Shown: positions 26,725 to 37,828 of the stretch, in pieces | Position numbering within the stretch: the stretch's first letter is position 1 | Layout of the letters: each line of letters opens with the position of its first letter | DNA from: a virus | Lineage: Duplodnaviria; Caudoviricetes | DNA: 64,000 nt | IMG/VR virus record: IMGVR_UViG_2531839534_000003 | Reading direction: 5' to 3' (one strand) | Notes under the pieces: model-generated | Told to the model about the DNA's origin: nothing | Database searches by the model: none | Seen by the model: only the letters and a program-made list of their open reading frames with translations | Position numbers and translations under genes: made by a program

Positions 26725-27093
26725 GTGGAAATCAAAACAATTAAAATTCCTGAAATAGATAAGAAACCCTTTCAAGTATTGACAAGTAATCGTAATGTCA
26801 TGAGAATGCATAAATATCAATTAGCTGTTTTAAAAGCAAGTGATGGTATTGATGAAGAAGATACTATTGCACAAGCTGATGCTAGTTATCATGTTTTAAA
26901 TGAAATGCTTAGTTTTATCAGATCAATTTTAAATTTAGATGATAAAGCATATGAAAAGTTACTTGATATTGATTATTCAAGAACACAAGAAATTTCAGAA
27001 AAACTTGTTGGTTATATGTATGGTTTAACAGATAAGCAATTAGAAGAGGCATCAGGTATTGATGACCCAAAAAAAGAAGTAAAAGAAGCATAG
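26725..27093 (+). CDS. Tail assembly chaperone (gpG-like)
   Basis: Between MTP and TMP; slippery sequence near the 3' end. Confidence 0.85.
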   Translation: MEIKTIKIPEIDKKPFQVLTSNRNVMRMHKYQLAVLKASDGIDEEDTIAQADASYHVLNEMLSFIRSILNLDDKAYEKLLDIDYSRTQEISEKLVGYMYGLTDKQLEEASGIDDPKKEVKEA

Positions 27094-27275
27094 GCGAGCA
27101 AATTTTTGATATTGAAAATAGAATTGAGGATCTAAAAATTATTGCTAAGCAATCTTTGATTAATTTTGGTTGGACATTAGATGAATATAATAATACAGAT
27201 TATTATGAACTGTTGACAATATTAAAAGCTAAGGAAGTGGACGAAAGAGAAAGCGATCCAATGTCTCTTCTGTAA
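27066..27275 (+). CDS. -1 frameshift extension of the tail chaperone (gpGT-like)
   Basis: C CCA AAA AAA slippery site at 27066; the -1 frame is open for 69 codons (..FGWTLDEYNNTDYYEL..) to TAA 27273-27275. Confidence 0.8.
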   Translation, partial: PKKRSKRSIGEQIFDIENRIEDLKIIAKQSLINFGWTLDEYNNTDYYELLTILKAKEVDERESDPMSLL

Positions 27276-27299
27276 TTTCAAGGAAAGGAGGAAATTATT

Positions 27300-30200
27300 A
27301 TGGTGAAAGTAAATGCTACGATGTCAACTGAAATAGCTCTTAATACGATACAGGCATCTGATTCCCTTAAACGGATTACTCAATTAGTTAATAGTGCAAC
27401 AAGTGCCTGGAAAGCTCAGGAAAGTCAGTTACGTACTACTGGTGACTATCTAGGTGCTGCCCAAGCTAAATATGATGGTTTAGGAAACGCTATTCAACAT
27501 CAACAGGAAAAAATTGAAAAACTTAGAAAAGAGCAATCTGAACTAAAAGGAAATACAGTTGAAACAGCTGAACAATATTTAAAATATCAGCAACAAATCG
27601 ACCAAGCTACAACTAAACTATCTTCTTTGGAAGTACAGCAACAAAAAGCTAAGTCAAGCATGGATTATTATAAATCTGGTCTTGGTGACTTGCAAAAAGA
27701 ATATAAGCAACAGGTAGATTTATCTGAAACTTATATAAATCGTTTAAAAGCTGAAGGAAAGCAATCGGAAGCTAAGCAAGAAAAACTGAAACTTTTAAAA
27801 AGTTCTATTAATAACTTGAATAAGCAATATGAAGTTCAAGAAAATATGCTTAAAAAGGTTGCTAAAAATTCAGGTAATACTAGCAATGAGTATAAGCTAC
27901 AAAAGAAACGGTTAGATGAAACAGCAACAAGTATTGCAAAAGCTAAGTCAAGCATGGACAAGCTAAATGCTGAAATTAAAGAGAGTCATAAGTCTTCAAG
28001 TTTAGTGGGACAACTTAAAAACAGTTTTACAAAGCTTAATAATAAAGTCGATGAAACTGAACATAAGACCTCACGTTTAAAAGGCATTTTCAGTGCTACT
28101 TTTGCAGCAAATATTATTAGTAATGGTTTTCAAAACATTTTAGGTAGTATAAGAGGAAAAATTGATGACTTGATAAGCTCAAGTAGTGAATATGTTAAAT
28201 ATCAACAAACAATGAACGCTACATGGCTTACCTTAACTGGGAATGTTAAAGAAGGCCAAAAGATGGTTGATATTACAAACCAAATGGCACAAGCAGCAGC
28301 TAATTCTACTGAAATGGTTGATGGCATGAATCAAAAATTTTATGCTGTTACTCATAATGTTGAACTTACAAAGCAACAAACACAAGCCATTTTGACACTC
28401 CAAGATGCGTTTGGGCAAACAGATGCTGCAGTTGAAAATTTTAGTACTCAGTGGGCTCAAATGATTGCTAATGGTAAAGTTCAAGGACAAGATATGATGT
28501 CCATTATCAACGTCTTCCCTGAAATGAAGAATCAGTTGAAAGAAGTTGCTGGGCAAGAGTTGGGCATTGCTAACATAACCCAAGAGCAATATGCCAAATT
28601 GCAAAGCGATGGTAAGATTACCGCTGAAATGGCACAGAAAGCCTTGTTTGAGTTGCAAGACAAGTACAAGGATGCCACTGCTAACTTCTCAACTACCATT
28701 GGTGGCCTTGAAAGAACTATTCAGTCTCGTATGCCAGCGGTAGTTGCTGCTTTCCGTGGGCCAATCGATAAAATGAAGAATCCGTTCTTACAACAGATTG
28801 GGAACTGGGTTGCTGATCCTAACACTGAAGGCAAATTCAAAGAGCTTGGAGAGCACGTTTCCAAGGGTCTGGGTACTATCATGGATGCCTTTTCTAAGGT
28901 GTTTAACCTCGGAAATGGTACAGATAAGCTTAACGGCTTCATGGACAGTCTTAATAAACTTGTCGATAAACTAAGCAAGAGCATTGCTAAAAACGCACCT
29001 AAAATTGTAGCTTTTTTCAAGGAAGCAAAAGATAGTCTAATTGCACTTTTCAGCATTGGCAAAGACTTTGCTGGAGGTGTTTGGGAAACAGCAGTAGCCA
29101 TGATTAAAGGTGTTGCTGGTGCGTTAGGAACGATGGCCGGGAACGGGAAAAAAGCTAAAGTCCCAGTCACATCACTATCCAAGGCATTGGGTAGCATTGC
29201 TCAACATAAAACAGCTATTAAAACAGTTGGTTCTTTGTTTGCGATGTACTTCGTTGGTTCTAAAGTGGCTTCAGGGGTAATGAAAGTTGCTCAAGCCATC
29301 AACTTTATGAAAAAATCTACGTTGGCTATGACTGTTGCACAAAAAGCAGCTGCAGCAGCTCAAAAAGTTGCAATGGGAGTACAATGGGCATTGAATGCAG
29401 CAATGTCTGCTAACCCAATCGGAGCTACTGTAGTAGCAATTGCAGCGCTTATCGCAGGTTTCGTGATGCTTTATAAGCATAATAAGAAATTCAAGAAGTT
29501 TGTAGATGGGATCGCAAAATCTGTCAAAAATGGTATCGGCGTTGCTATTAAATGGCTTAAAAATAAGTTTAGTGGCTTATCTAAAGGCTGGAAGAACTTC
29601 ATTAAAGCTATCAAAAATGGGGCTAAGAAAGTCGTCGGGTTCTTCGTGAATGTTGGAAAAATCATTAAAAAAGTCATGACAACTATCGGTAAAATTCTAA
29701 TCTTTACTAATCCAGTTGTTTTAGGATTTGCATTAATGTATAAACAAAGTCCTAAATTCCGTAAGTTTATTAAAAATATTGTTGGTTTCGTTGGAGATAT
29801 GAAAAATGGTATTTCCAAGAAAACAAAACAAATAGGTAAAGATTGGAGTAAGCATTGGACTGATGTGAAAAAATCTGCCTCAAAAACTTGGAATAAGATC
29901 AATAATAATACTAAGAAAAGTACTGATAAACTTGCTAAAGAAATTAGAAAGAAGCAAGAGGATATTCATAACAAATGGAATAAGTCATGGAAAAGCTTAA
30001 GAGATTATTTATCTGATAGATGGGATGATATGAATGAGCTTACTAAAAAGAAATTTGGTAAGGACATTAAAGGATTACTATTTGAAAATCTTGACAAAAT
30101 AGGTAATAAATTTCAGGATACTTGGAATAAAATTAAAAAAGGTTTCTCTGAACTTTGGTCTGGATTGAAGAGACTAGCTGGAGATGGTATTAATGCTGTG

Positions 30201-32096
30201 ATTAAAATTCCTAATGCTGGAATTGATGGTATTAATAGTTTGATTTCTGATTTTGGCGGGTCTAATAATGCAATTAAGCATATCCCAAAAGTTAAGTTTG
30301 CTAGTGGTACTGGATTTACAGATTCCATTAGACGCCCTATTACTAGGCCTACTTTGGCATTATTAAATGATGGTAATGATAGTCCTGAAACGGACAATAG
30401 AGAAGCCTTAATACATCCTAACGGACAGTTAGAAGTATTAAATGGTCGTAATATCAATCGAATATTGATGCCAGGTACTGAAGTGTTAAATGCTACTGAA
30501 TTGAAAATGTTGGCTTCCATGCAATCTATCCCATTTGCAAAAGGGACAGGATTTTGGTCTAGATTATGGGATAGCACGACATCAGTAGCTGGAAATGTTT
30601 GGGATGGTATTAAAGATACAGCTGAAAAATTTACTAAAATGCTGTCATTTATTGGCGATGCAGTTAAGGACCCTGTAGGAACATTATCTAAAAAGTTTAA
30701 TCCAAATGCTAATAAATTAGCAGCGGTATTTAATCCACTTGGAAATGCACTCTTTAAAACTCCAATTAAAGAATCTAAAAATTGGTGGAAAGAACTTTGG
30801 TCTATGGCACAATCTGCCACTGATGAAGGAACAGTTGCGATGGGAGCAGTTGGAGATGATTACAGATTTAAAAATATGGCAAAGGATGCTGGTGCTGATC
30901 CGTGGGGCTATTATTTCAGAGAATGTGTTTCGTTTGTAGCCAGTCGCTTAGCAAATTTAGGCGTTAATCCTGCCTTATTTAGCCATCTTGGTAATGGTAA
31001 CCAGTGGGTAAATGCTAGAGTTCCACATTTAAGTACTCCTAAGCCAGGAACAGTAGCAGTATATACTGGTAGTCCGACATCTAGTAATCACGTTGACTTT
31101 GTTACAGCTGTACATGGTAATACATACGATGGAGAAGAATATAACTTTAATAATAATGGGTTATATCATCAATATAGTAGAAGACCAGTTTCTCATGCCG
31201 CGACATTCCTTGATTTTGGCGTTAGAGCTGGGAATAGTGAAGATAGTAAGCCATTAAAGGATAAAAATTCACCACTTCAAAAATTAATTAAAGGTCAAGT
31301 TGGTGGTATGTTCGATTGGATTAAGAAAAATTTAGGACCATTATTAAATCCAGCTGGCGGTGAAGAAAGTAATATTCAGGGTACAGGTGCGGCAAGATGG
31401 CGAAATACGGTTATTAAAGCTTTAAAAGCTAATGGAATAGAGCCAACTGATTTTAGAATTTCTAAAATTTTAGCTACTATTCAACGGGAGTCAAATGGAG
31501 ATCCAAATGCTCAAAACAATTGGGATAGTAATGCCATGGCAGGACATCCATCAATAGGTTTAATGCAGACCATAGGGCCAACTTTTGAAGCTTACAAATT
31601 ATCAGGACATAATAACATTCGAAACGGCTATGACAACCTTTTAGCGGCGATTAACTATATCAAACATCGTTATGGAACTTCAGATGCTGCTTTTAATAGA
31701 GTGGCTTCATATGGTTATGCAAATGGCGGACTAGTATCTAAACATGGTGTCTATGAATTAGCCGAAGGTAACATGCCTGAATATGTTATTCCTACTGATA
31801 CTGCAAAACGTGGCAGAGCTTGGACCTTACTTGCTGAAGTAGTCGGTCAATTTGTTGGTGAAGAAAAATCAAAAATAAAAGGAACATCAAGCTCAGAAAG
31901 TGAGTCTGTGTTAGCTAAAAAATTAGATACAGTCATTTCTATTTTAGGACAATTACTAGTGGGCCAAGACAAACAAGAAGTTATTCAAAATATCATAGAT
32001 GGGAAATCATTTGCGACTGGTTTAGCACCGTATCAAACAGTAGCTAATGAATTTCATACAAAACGGCAAGCACTATTAGAAGGGAGAATTCGTTAA
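27300..32096 (+). CDS. Tape measure protein with C-terminal CHAP and lytic transglycosylase domains
   Basis: 1598 aa helical; YYFRECVSFVA + NHVDFV (CHAP); IQRESNGDP...SIGLMQ (SLT). Confidence 0.95.
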   Translation: MVKVNATMSTEIALNTIQASDSLKRITQLVNSATSAWKAQESQLRTTGDYLGAAQAKYDGLGNAIQHQQEKIEKLRKEQSELKGNTVETAEQYLKYQQQIDQATTKLSSLEVQQQKAKSSMDYYKSGLGDLQKEYKQQVDLSETYINRLKAEGKQSEAKQEKLKLLKSSINNLNKQYEVQENMLKKVAKNSGNTSNEYKLQKKRLDETATSIAKAKSSMDKLNAEIKESHKSSSLVGQLKNSFTKLNNKVDETEHKTSRLKGIFSATFAANIISNGFQNILGSIRGKIDDLISSSSEYVKYQQTMNATWLTLTGNVKEGQKMVDITNQMAQAAANSTEMVDGMNQKFYAVTHNVELTKQQTQAILTLQDAFGQTDAAVENFSTQWAQMIANGKVQGQDMMSIINVFPEMKNQLKEVAGQELGIANITQEQYAKLQSDGKITAEMAQKALFELQDKYKDATANFSTTIGGLERTIQSRMPAVVAAFRGPIDKMKNPFLQQIGNWVADPNTEGKFKELGEHVSKGLGTIMDAFSKVFNLGNGTDKLNGFMDSLNKLVDKLSKSIAKNAPKIVAFFKEAKDSLIALFSIGKDFAGGVWETAVAMIKGVAGALGTMAGNGKKAKVPVTSLSKALGSIAQHKTAIKTVGSLFAMYFVGSKVASGVMKVAQAINFMKKSTLAMTVAQKAAAAAQKVAMGVQWALNAAMSANPIGATVVAIAALIAGFVMLYKHNKKFKKFVDGIAKSVKNGIGVAIKWLKNKFSGLSKGWKNFIKAIKNGAKKVVGFFVNVGKIIKKVMTTIGKILIFTNPVVLGFALMYKQSPKFRKFIKNIVGFVGDMKNGISKKTKQIGKDWSKHWTDVKKSASKTWNKINNNTKKSTDKLAKEIRKKQEDIHNKWNKSWKSLRDYLSDRWDDMNELTKKKFGKDIKGLLFENLDKIGNKFQDTWNKIKKGFSELWSGLKRLAGDGINAVIKIPNAGIDGINSLISDFGGSNNAIKHIPKVKFASGTGFTDSIRRPITRPTLALLNDGNDSPETDNREALIHPNGQLEVLNGRNINRILMPGTEVLNATELKMLASMQSIPFAKGTGFWSRLWDSTTSVAGNVWDGIKDTAEKFTKMLSFIGDAVKDPVGTLSKKFNPNANKLAAVFNPLGNALFKTPIKESKNWWKELWSMAQSATDEGTVAMGAVGDDYRFKNMAKDAGADPWGYYFRECVSFVASRLANLGVNPALFSHLGNGNQWVNARVPHLSTPKPGTVAVYTGSPTSSNHVDFVTAVHGNTYDGEEYNFNNNGLYHQYSRRPVSHAATFLDFGVRAGNSEDSKPLKDKNSPLQKLIKGQVGGMFDWIKKNLGPLLNPAGGEESNIQGTGAARWRNTVIKALKANGIEPTDFRISKILATIQRESNGDPNAQNNWDSNAMAGHPSIGLMQTIGPTFEAYKLSGHNNIRNGYDNLLAAINYIKHRYGTSDAAFNRVASYGYANGGLVSKHGVYELAEGNMPEYVIPTDTAKRGRAWTLLAEVVGQFVGEEKSKIKGTSSSESESVLAKKLDTVISILGQLLVGQDKQEVIQNIIDGKSFATGLAPYQTVANEFHTKRQALLEGRIR

Positions 32097-33664
32097 TGGG
32101 AATTGAATTAACATATGATGGGATAAACATCAATGATGAAATCGATAAAATTCCAGGAGGAAGATTCTACATTAACGATGTTCCTCCAGTTAATAATTCA
32201 ACTATTTCCAATACTTATTTAGATCAAGGTATAAATAGATATGGGCAACAGTTACTTTATAGCAATTATAATATTGCTACATTGTCAGTTTCTTTTAAAA
32301 TGACTGGAACGATAGATTACTTCTATCAAGTTTCAAATACAATAAACAGTTTATTATCTACTAGAAATGCTAAGAAATTAACTTTTAGCCATTTTTCTAA
32401 TATCAGTTGGGAAGCTATTCAAAATAGTAAAGTATCTCCGATTATTGATTATTCAACTTCGCCATTTACAGCCTCTGGTACTATTTCATTCGAAATTCCA
32501 AAGATATACGGAGAGAGGGATGATTATTCAGAAGTCACTACGGAACAAAATGGTAAATTTGGAGAAATTGTTCAGATTTCTCCAAATCATTTTAAAGCTA
32601 CTCTAAATAATTATGGTTCAGCAGAAACTAATCCAATAGTGACAATTACGCATCATTCAGAGAATGGTTATATTGGATTAGTAGGAGCTGATAGCATTGT
32701 TGAAATTGGTAATAAAGGGGAACAGGATGTGACACCCGATCAAAAATCAGAACGACTTTTAGATTTTAGAGGAAACGATGGATTTAAAGCTGGGTTTGAG
32801 AAAGCTACTTTTAATCAAGGTACTAATGTATCAATGAATGAAAGTAATTTCAATGGTAATATAGGAATCCAAAATTGGAATGGTAGACAAAGTATTACTA
32901 TTGACAGGTCGACAACCGCGTTTGGTGGTTCAGATTTAAGAGGTTCTTTAACTTGGGATATTCCTGCAGATACAGAAGGGAACAAAGGATCACTACATGA
33001 TTATATATGGTGGCGTCAGATATATGTCCTTGGCTTAATGAGTCAAGCAGGCGGTCTGAAAGTAGTGGTTACTGATGAAAATGATAAATTTTTATATGGT
33101 GTTGAGACATTGAAACTAGGTGATGGGATGTCTGTTAATTACAATTGCTTTGGTTCATATGCTGATGGTAGTTATAAATTATTAAAATCATTTAAATTTG
33201 AAGCTAATGAAAGTGATTATCATAATCCTTTTAACTCATCAAGAGGTTGGTCAGATATCGTTAGAGAGGATGAAAATCTAAGCTTTTATTGGTTTGGTTC
33301 ACGTTATGAGAGAGTATGTCCTGAGATAAAAGGAAGAAAGTCGGCTAAGGTTCATCTTATTATTGAGGCAAGAGGAAATAGGCCACGAGCAACTTTGATG
33401 TTTTTCCAAGAATTTTTATATCAAAAGAATAAAGTTGAATTCATGAGAGATATTCCAAATAGATTTGGAACTGGAAGTCAAGTAATTATTGATAATGAAA
33501 AAGGAAAAATAGTTATTAGCAATATAGAAGATTTTTCTCCCCTTGTTCCAGGTTCGGAATTCTTTTCAATACCAACGGGAACGAGTGAAATACATTTCTT
33601 TACCTCAGATTGGGTAACATCTCCTCCAACCATATCTTTTAAGTGGAAGGAGAGGATAATATAG
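32096..33664 (+). CDS. Distal tail protein (evolved Dit, probable carbohydrate-binding insertion)
   Basis: Follows TMP; NYGSAETNPIVTI; FFSIPTGTSEI; 522 aa. Confidence 0.8.
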   Translation: MGIELTYDGININDEIDKIPGGRFYINDVPPVNNSTISNTYLDQGINRYGQQLLYSNYNIATLSVSFKMTGTIDYFYQVSNTINSLLSTRNAKKLTFSHFSNISWEAIQNSKVSPIIDYSTSPFTASGTISFEIPKIYGERDDYSEVTTEQNGKFGEIVQISPNHFKATLNNYGSAETNPIVTITHHSENGYIGLVGADSIVEIGNKGEQDVTPDQKSERLLDFRGNDGFKAGFEKATFNQGTNVSMNESNFNGNIGIQNWNGRQSITIDRSTTAFGGSDLRGSLTWDIPADTEGNKGSLHDYIWWRQIYVLGLMSQAGGLKVVVTDENDKFLYGVETLKLGDGMSVNYNCFGSYADGSYKLLKSFKFEANESDYHNPFNSSRGWSDIVREDENLSFYWFGSRYERVCPEIKGRKSAKVHLIIEARGNRPRATLMFFQEFLYQKNKVEFMRDIPNRFGTGSQVIIDNEKGKIVISNIEDFSPLVPGSEFFSIPTGTSEIHFFTSDWVTSPPTISFKWKERII

Positions 33665-35919
33665 TGCAAATTGCTATACATAATTCTAACGGAGTTAAAG
33701 TAGCATCTATGAATAATGATATTTATGATATGCTACACTATTCAAATGATATTTGGCATAGATATTTAAGTTCTGGTGGTTCTACATTTGATTTTACCGT
33801 ATCAAAAGTAACTAATGGGATGTTACATCCAGATGTAAAGTATCTTAATGATTCTTGTTACTTTAGCTTTGTCTACCAGGGAAAAACATTTAAATTCTAT
33901 GTTATGACTATGACAGAAGACAGCCTTACAATGACCTTTAATTGTAACAGTTTAAATTTAGAATTAAATAATGAATTCGCTCAACCCTATACAGCTACCG
34001 AAGCTATGACTATTGAAGAATACTGTCAAAAAATGGATCTTTTATCTTTTGCTAATGCATACATTGGATTGAATGAGATTTCTGATAGGAAACGAACTCT
34101 AACTTTTGATAGCACAGAAGAAACAAAACTTGCTAGATTACTTTCTCTAGTTAGTCAATTTGATGCTGAAATTGAATTTGACCTTAAAACCTTTTCAGAT
34201 GGTAGAACTGAAAAACATATTTACAATTTTTATCATGCCCATGATGATAGTCATAACGGAGTAGGAAGAACAAGAAATGATATTTTATTAAGGTTTCCTG
34301 AAAACTTAAATAGTATTCAAGTTGTTTCTGATAGGACTCAGCAATATACAATGGGAGTTTTCAAAGGGACCAGAACGGTAAAAAAGGGTGATGGAGATTC
34401 TGCAACTGAAGAAAGTGAAAATTTTGATTTAACTAATTTAGAGCGAAGTGATAAAAATAATGACGGTATAGAAGAATTTTACACACGTAAGGGAAATCCA
34501 GCTATTTATGCTCCACTTGCTGCGAAACGATATCCAACTGCTGAAGGTAGTTCTGATTTATGGACTAAACGTGAATTTGTTACGGAATACTCAACCGAAG
34601 AAGATTTAGCTAGCTATGGCTTTAGACAAATGAAACAATTCTCATATCCTCAATATACGTATACAGCAATTGTAAATGCCTTAGCTATAAATTCTTATAG
34701 TGACTTATCGTTAGGGGATGTTATTAGATTACAAGATATTAGATATTTTACAGATGGTTTGGTCTTAAATGCTCGTATTTTAGAACAAATTAAATCATTT
34801 TCTAATCCACAATCAGATAGTATTATTTTCAGTAACTATCTAAGATTATCAAATGGCATTGATTCAACTCTAGCTGAAGAAATACAAAAGCTGATTGATA
34901 ATAGATTGCCATATACTATTGATTTATCCACAAATAATGGAACTACTTTTAAAAATGGTAATGGATTATCTCGTATCACACCAACCCTAAAAAGAGGAAA
35001 TAAAGTAATAAGCTGTGATTGGAGATGGATTGTTGGCAATGAAATTAAATCAGTAAGTCCATCATATGTAGTTGATGGCTCAACAATTACTGCTGAGACA
35101 CCTCTAACTGTTACAGTTGATGCTTATATCGATAATAAACTAGTCGCAACCCGTGAAATAACGTTTACCAATATGACTGATGGTTCTGACGGTAAATCAT
35201 CTTACTTACATGTCGCTTATGCTAATAGTTTAGATGGAAAGCAAGACTTTAGTTTGACTGAAAGTAATGGCCGTTCTTATCGTGGTGAATACTCCGATTT
35301 TTTACCGATTTCATCTGATGACCCAACTAAATACACTTGGGCTAGATTTAAAGGCGAAAAAGGTGATACAGGGCTATTAGATGATGCAAAACTTAAAAAA
35401 TTAACAGATACAATTAACACTAAGGCAGATAACCAATTAACACAGGCACAACTTGACGCCTTATCAGAACAAGCAGAACTTGCAAAAGCTGAATTGAATG
35501 CAAAAGTTAGTGCTGACACGCTTAATCAAATTGTCCTCGCTTATAATGAATATGTTAGAGCAAACGAAAATGACAAGCAAGAGGCTGAACAAAGTCTTAT
35601 TGAATGGTCTCAACGTGTTGAGGTATTAGGTACACAATTAGGCGATGTTAAATCAACTGTCAACTATCTCGATACCTATATCAGTCAATCAGCTAAAGGT
35701 ATTAGTATTGGTAAAAGTGGCAGTAACTCATCAATGTTAATTAGTAATGATAGAATCTCAATGTTTTCTGCTGGTAATGAAGTAATGTATATTTCACAAG
35801 GGATTATTCATATCGAAAATGGTATCTTCTCAAAAACTATCCAGATTGGGCGTTATCGTGAAGAACAATACGTGATTAATCCAGACATGAATGTCATGAG
35901 ATATGTAGGAGGAAGTTAA
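33643..35919 (+). CDS. Tail-associated (Tal)/host-specificity protein
   Basis: Follows Dit; YLHVAYANSLDG..DFS and DDPTKYTWARFKGEKGD motifs; C-terminal coiled coil and conserved QIGRY tail. Confidence 0.8.
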   Translation: MEGEDNIVQIAIHNSNGVKVASMNNDIYDMLHYSNDIWHRYLSSGGSTFDFTVSKVTNGMLHPDVKYLNDSCYFSFVYQGKTFKFYVMTMTEDSLTMTFNCNSLNLELNNEFAQPYTATEAMTIEEYCQKMDLLSFANAYIGLNEISDRKRTLTFDSTEETKLARLLSLVSQFDAEIEFDLKTFSDGRTEKHIYNFYHAHDDSHNGVGRTRNDILLRFPENLNSIQVVSDRTQQYTMGVFKGTRTVKKGDGDSATEESENFDLTNLERSDKNNDGIEEFYTRKGNPAIYAPLAAKRYPTAEGSSDLWTKREFVTEYSTEEDLASYGFRQMKQFSYPQYTYTAIVNALAINSYSDLSLGDVIRLQDIRYFTDGLVLNARILEQIKSFSNPQSDSIIFSNYLRLSNGIDSTLAEEIQKLIDNRLPYTIDLSTNNGTTFKNGNGLSRITPTLKRGNKVISCDWRWIVGNEIKSVSPSYVVDGSTITAETPLTVTVDAYIDNKLVATREITFTNMTDGSDGKSSYLHVAYANSLDGKQDFSLTESNGRSYRGEYSDFLPISSDDPTKYTWARFKGEKGDTGLLDDAKLKKLTDTINTKADNQLTQAQLDALSEQAELAKAELNAKVSADTLNQIVLAYNEYVRANENDKQEAEQSLIEWSQRVEVLGTQLGDVKSTVNYLDTYISQSAKGISIGKSGSNSSMLISNDRISMFSAGNEVMYISQGIIHIENGIFSKTIQIGRYREEQYVINPDMNVMRYVGGS

Positions 35920-37817
35920 TGGCAACGAGTAATTTTAACGGCACTTATGGTAAACTTTTAAAACTCGAAGGTCTCTACGGGGTTGTCTCGCAGGATAAAG
36001 TTAAAAACCAGTCAAAAATTCGTGTTTGGACCAATCTAATCATGGGTAATGGAGGTAATATTTCAGGAGGATCAGGAAACGTTACTATTCATCTTAATGG
36101 TGGTGGGGCTATCAATAATGTAACTGTTAACATAGGCAGTAATTCAAAAATTTTACTTTGGTATCAAGAATATACGATTAATCACGATTCACAAGGAAAT
36201 GCGAAAGTTGATATTTCTTTAACTGTTTATAGTGGTTTCTCAAACTATGGAAGTGCGACTGTTAAATTAAGTGGGGACTTACCTCAAATAAAAAGAGCTT
36301 CAACAGTTTCAGCACCGACCACCGATTTAGGAAGCAATGCTACGATTACGATTACCCCGTCAGACAGCTCTTATACTCATACGGTGAGATACGAGTTTAA
36401 TGGCAAAACAGGAGTAATTGCTCAAAATGTTACGACATCTACAAATTGGCAAGTGCCTCTAAGCTTTGCGAATGACTTGCCTAATTCGATAAGTGGTATT
36501 GTTACGATATATGTTGATACATATGCAGGAAATACACCGCTTGGGACTAATTCTACATCTATGAATGTTAATGTCCCGAGTACGTTAATTCCGACCATTA
36601 GTAGTTTTACACTTACTGAAACTAATGCAACAGTTTCTAAGTTAATAACAGATTCAAATTATTTTGTACAAATATACTCACAAATTAAAGCCAATCTTGG
36701 AAGTGCTAGCGGTGTCAATAAATCAACAATAAGTAGTTTTAAAGCTGAAATAGTTGGTAAGGACATGTCAGTCAGTTCAGACGGTGGCGTATTTGGATTA
36801 ATTAATTTTTCCGGTACTTTTACAGTTAGGGCGACGGTAACAGATTCAAGAGGTCGTGAGAGTAAGCCACTTGATAAAACGATAACCATTCTTGAATATA
36901 AGCCACCTCAATTAAATTATTCGGTTTTAAGAACTGGAAGTACATCAAGCACATTAACTGTTACTAGAAATGCCCAAATATCGCCTTTAACAGTAAACGG
37001 CGCACAAAAAAACATAATGACACTTACTTTTAAGGTATCACCCTATAATAAGGAAGCATACACAACAGATAACGGCCAAGCTTCTGGACAATGGTCGGCA
37101 ATAAGTAGTTTAACCAACTCGCAAGCAAATCTTGCTGGAACTTATGTAGCGAATTCCTCATGGGATATTATAGGAGTGTTGACTGATAGTTTAGGTGGAT
37201 TAGTAACCTTTAAAACAACAGTAACGTCTGAAAAGGTAGTATTTTCTTATGATAAAAATGGTATGGGAATAGGAAAGCCACGCGAATTTGGTGTCTTAGA
37301 TGTTGCAAAAGGTGGTATCTATCATGATGGTAAGCTCATTCAGTTAAAACAATTGACAGATGATAAAGGGAAATGGTTGCCTGATATTAAAGTTGTCACT
37401 CCAGATTCAAGTCCTCGTTTCAAAGATGTATCTGTCACAAGTATAGATGCAACATCAGCAGTAACTGCATCTAAAATATTAATGACTGATACTAAACGGA
37501 CCACTTTTGGTTTTCCTTTTGGCTTGTCAGCTCAAGCTTTGCGCAAGGGAAATATGGTTACACTTGTTATTAGTCGTTCAGGTGCAAATGTTGGATCATA
37601 TGAATATAGTTTAATGAATGAAACCATTCCTTTAGGATATCGACCAGCTATTGAAACCCCTTTTCCTATAGTCGCAAATAGTGGGGCTAGTGTTCAAGGC
37701 ACAGCAGTTTTACACTTGTTGAATAATGGACAAGTTAAATTAACAAATAACTTAACAAGTACAAAAATTTGGAATGGAACGATCACTTATATCACAAATG
37801 ATACTTATCCATCTTAG
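35919..37817 (+). CDS. DUF859-like minor structural/receptor-binding protein
   Basis: QDKVKNQSKI; LPQIKRAS; C-terminal LRKGNMVTL...IPLGYRP head domain. Confidence 0.75.
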   Translation: MATSNFNGTYGKLLKLEGLYGVVSQDKVKNQSKIRVWTNLIMGNGGNISGGSGNVTIHLNGGGAINNVTVNIGSNSKILLWYQEYTINHDSQGNAKVDISLTVYSGFSNYGSATVKLSGDLPQIKRASTVSAPTTDLGSNATITITPSDSSYTHTVRYEFNGKTGVIAQNVTTSTNWQVPLSFANDLPNSISGIVTIYVDTYAGNTPLGTNSTSMNVNVPSTLIPTISSFTLTETNATVSKLITDSNYFVQIYSQIKANLGSASGVNKSTISSFKAEIVGKDMSVSSDGGVFGLINFSGTFTVRATVTDSRGRESKPLDKTITILEYKPPQLNYSVLRTGSTSSTLTVTRNAQISPLTVNGAQKNIMTLTFKVSPYNKEAYTTDNGQASGQWSAISSLTNSQANLAGTYVANSSWDIIGVLTDSLGGLVTFKTTVTSEKVVFSYDKNGMGIGKPREFGVLDVAKGGIYHDGKLIQLKQLTDDKGKWLPDIKVVTPDSSPRFKDVSVTSIDATSAVTASKILMTDTKRTTFGFPFGLSAQALRKGNMVTLVISRSGANVGSYEYSLMNETIPLGYRPAIETPFPIVANSGASVQGTAVLHLLNNGQVKLTNNLTSTKIWNGTITYITNDTYPS

Positions 37818-37828
37818 AAAGGACAACT

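Noticed and set aside
28233-30939. Several 60-235-aa antisense or alternate-frame ORFs within the TMP gene
   Set aside because: Typical shadows of a long repetitive coding region; no RBS or motifs
35340-35375. Collagen-like GEKGDTG in the Tal protein
   Set aside because: Only about two triplets; not a collagen repeat region
32096-37817. Diversity-generating retroelement or invertible tail-fibre switch
   Set aside because: No reverse transcriptase, invertase or duplicated template/variable repeat seen
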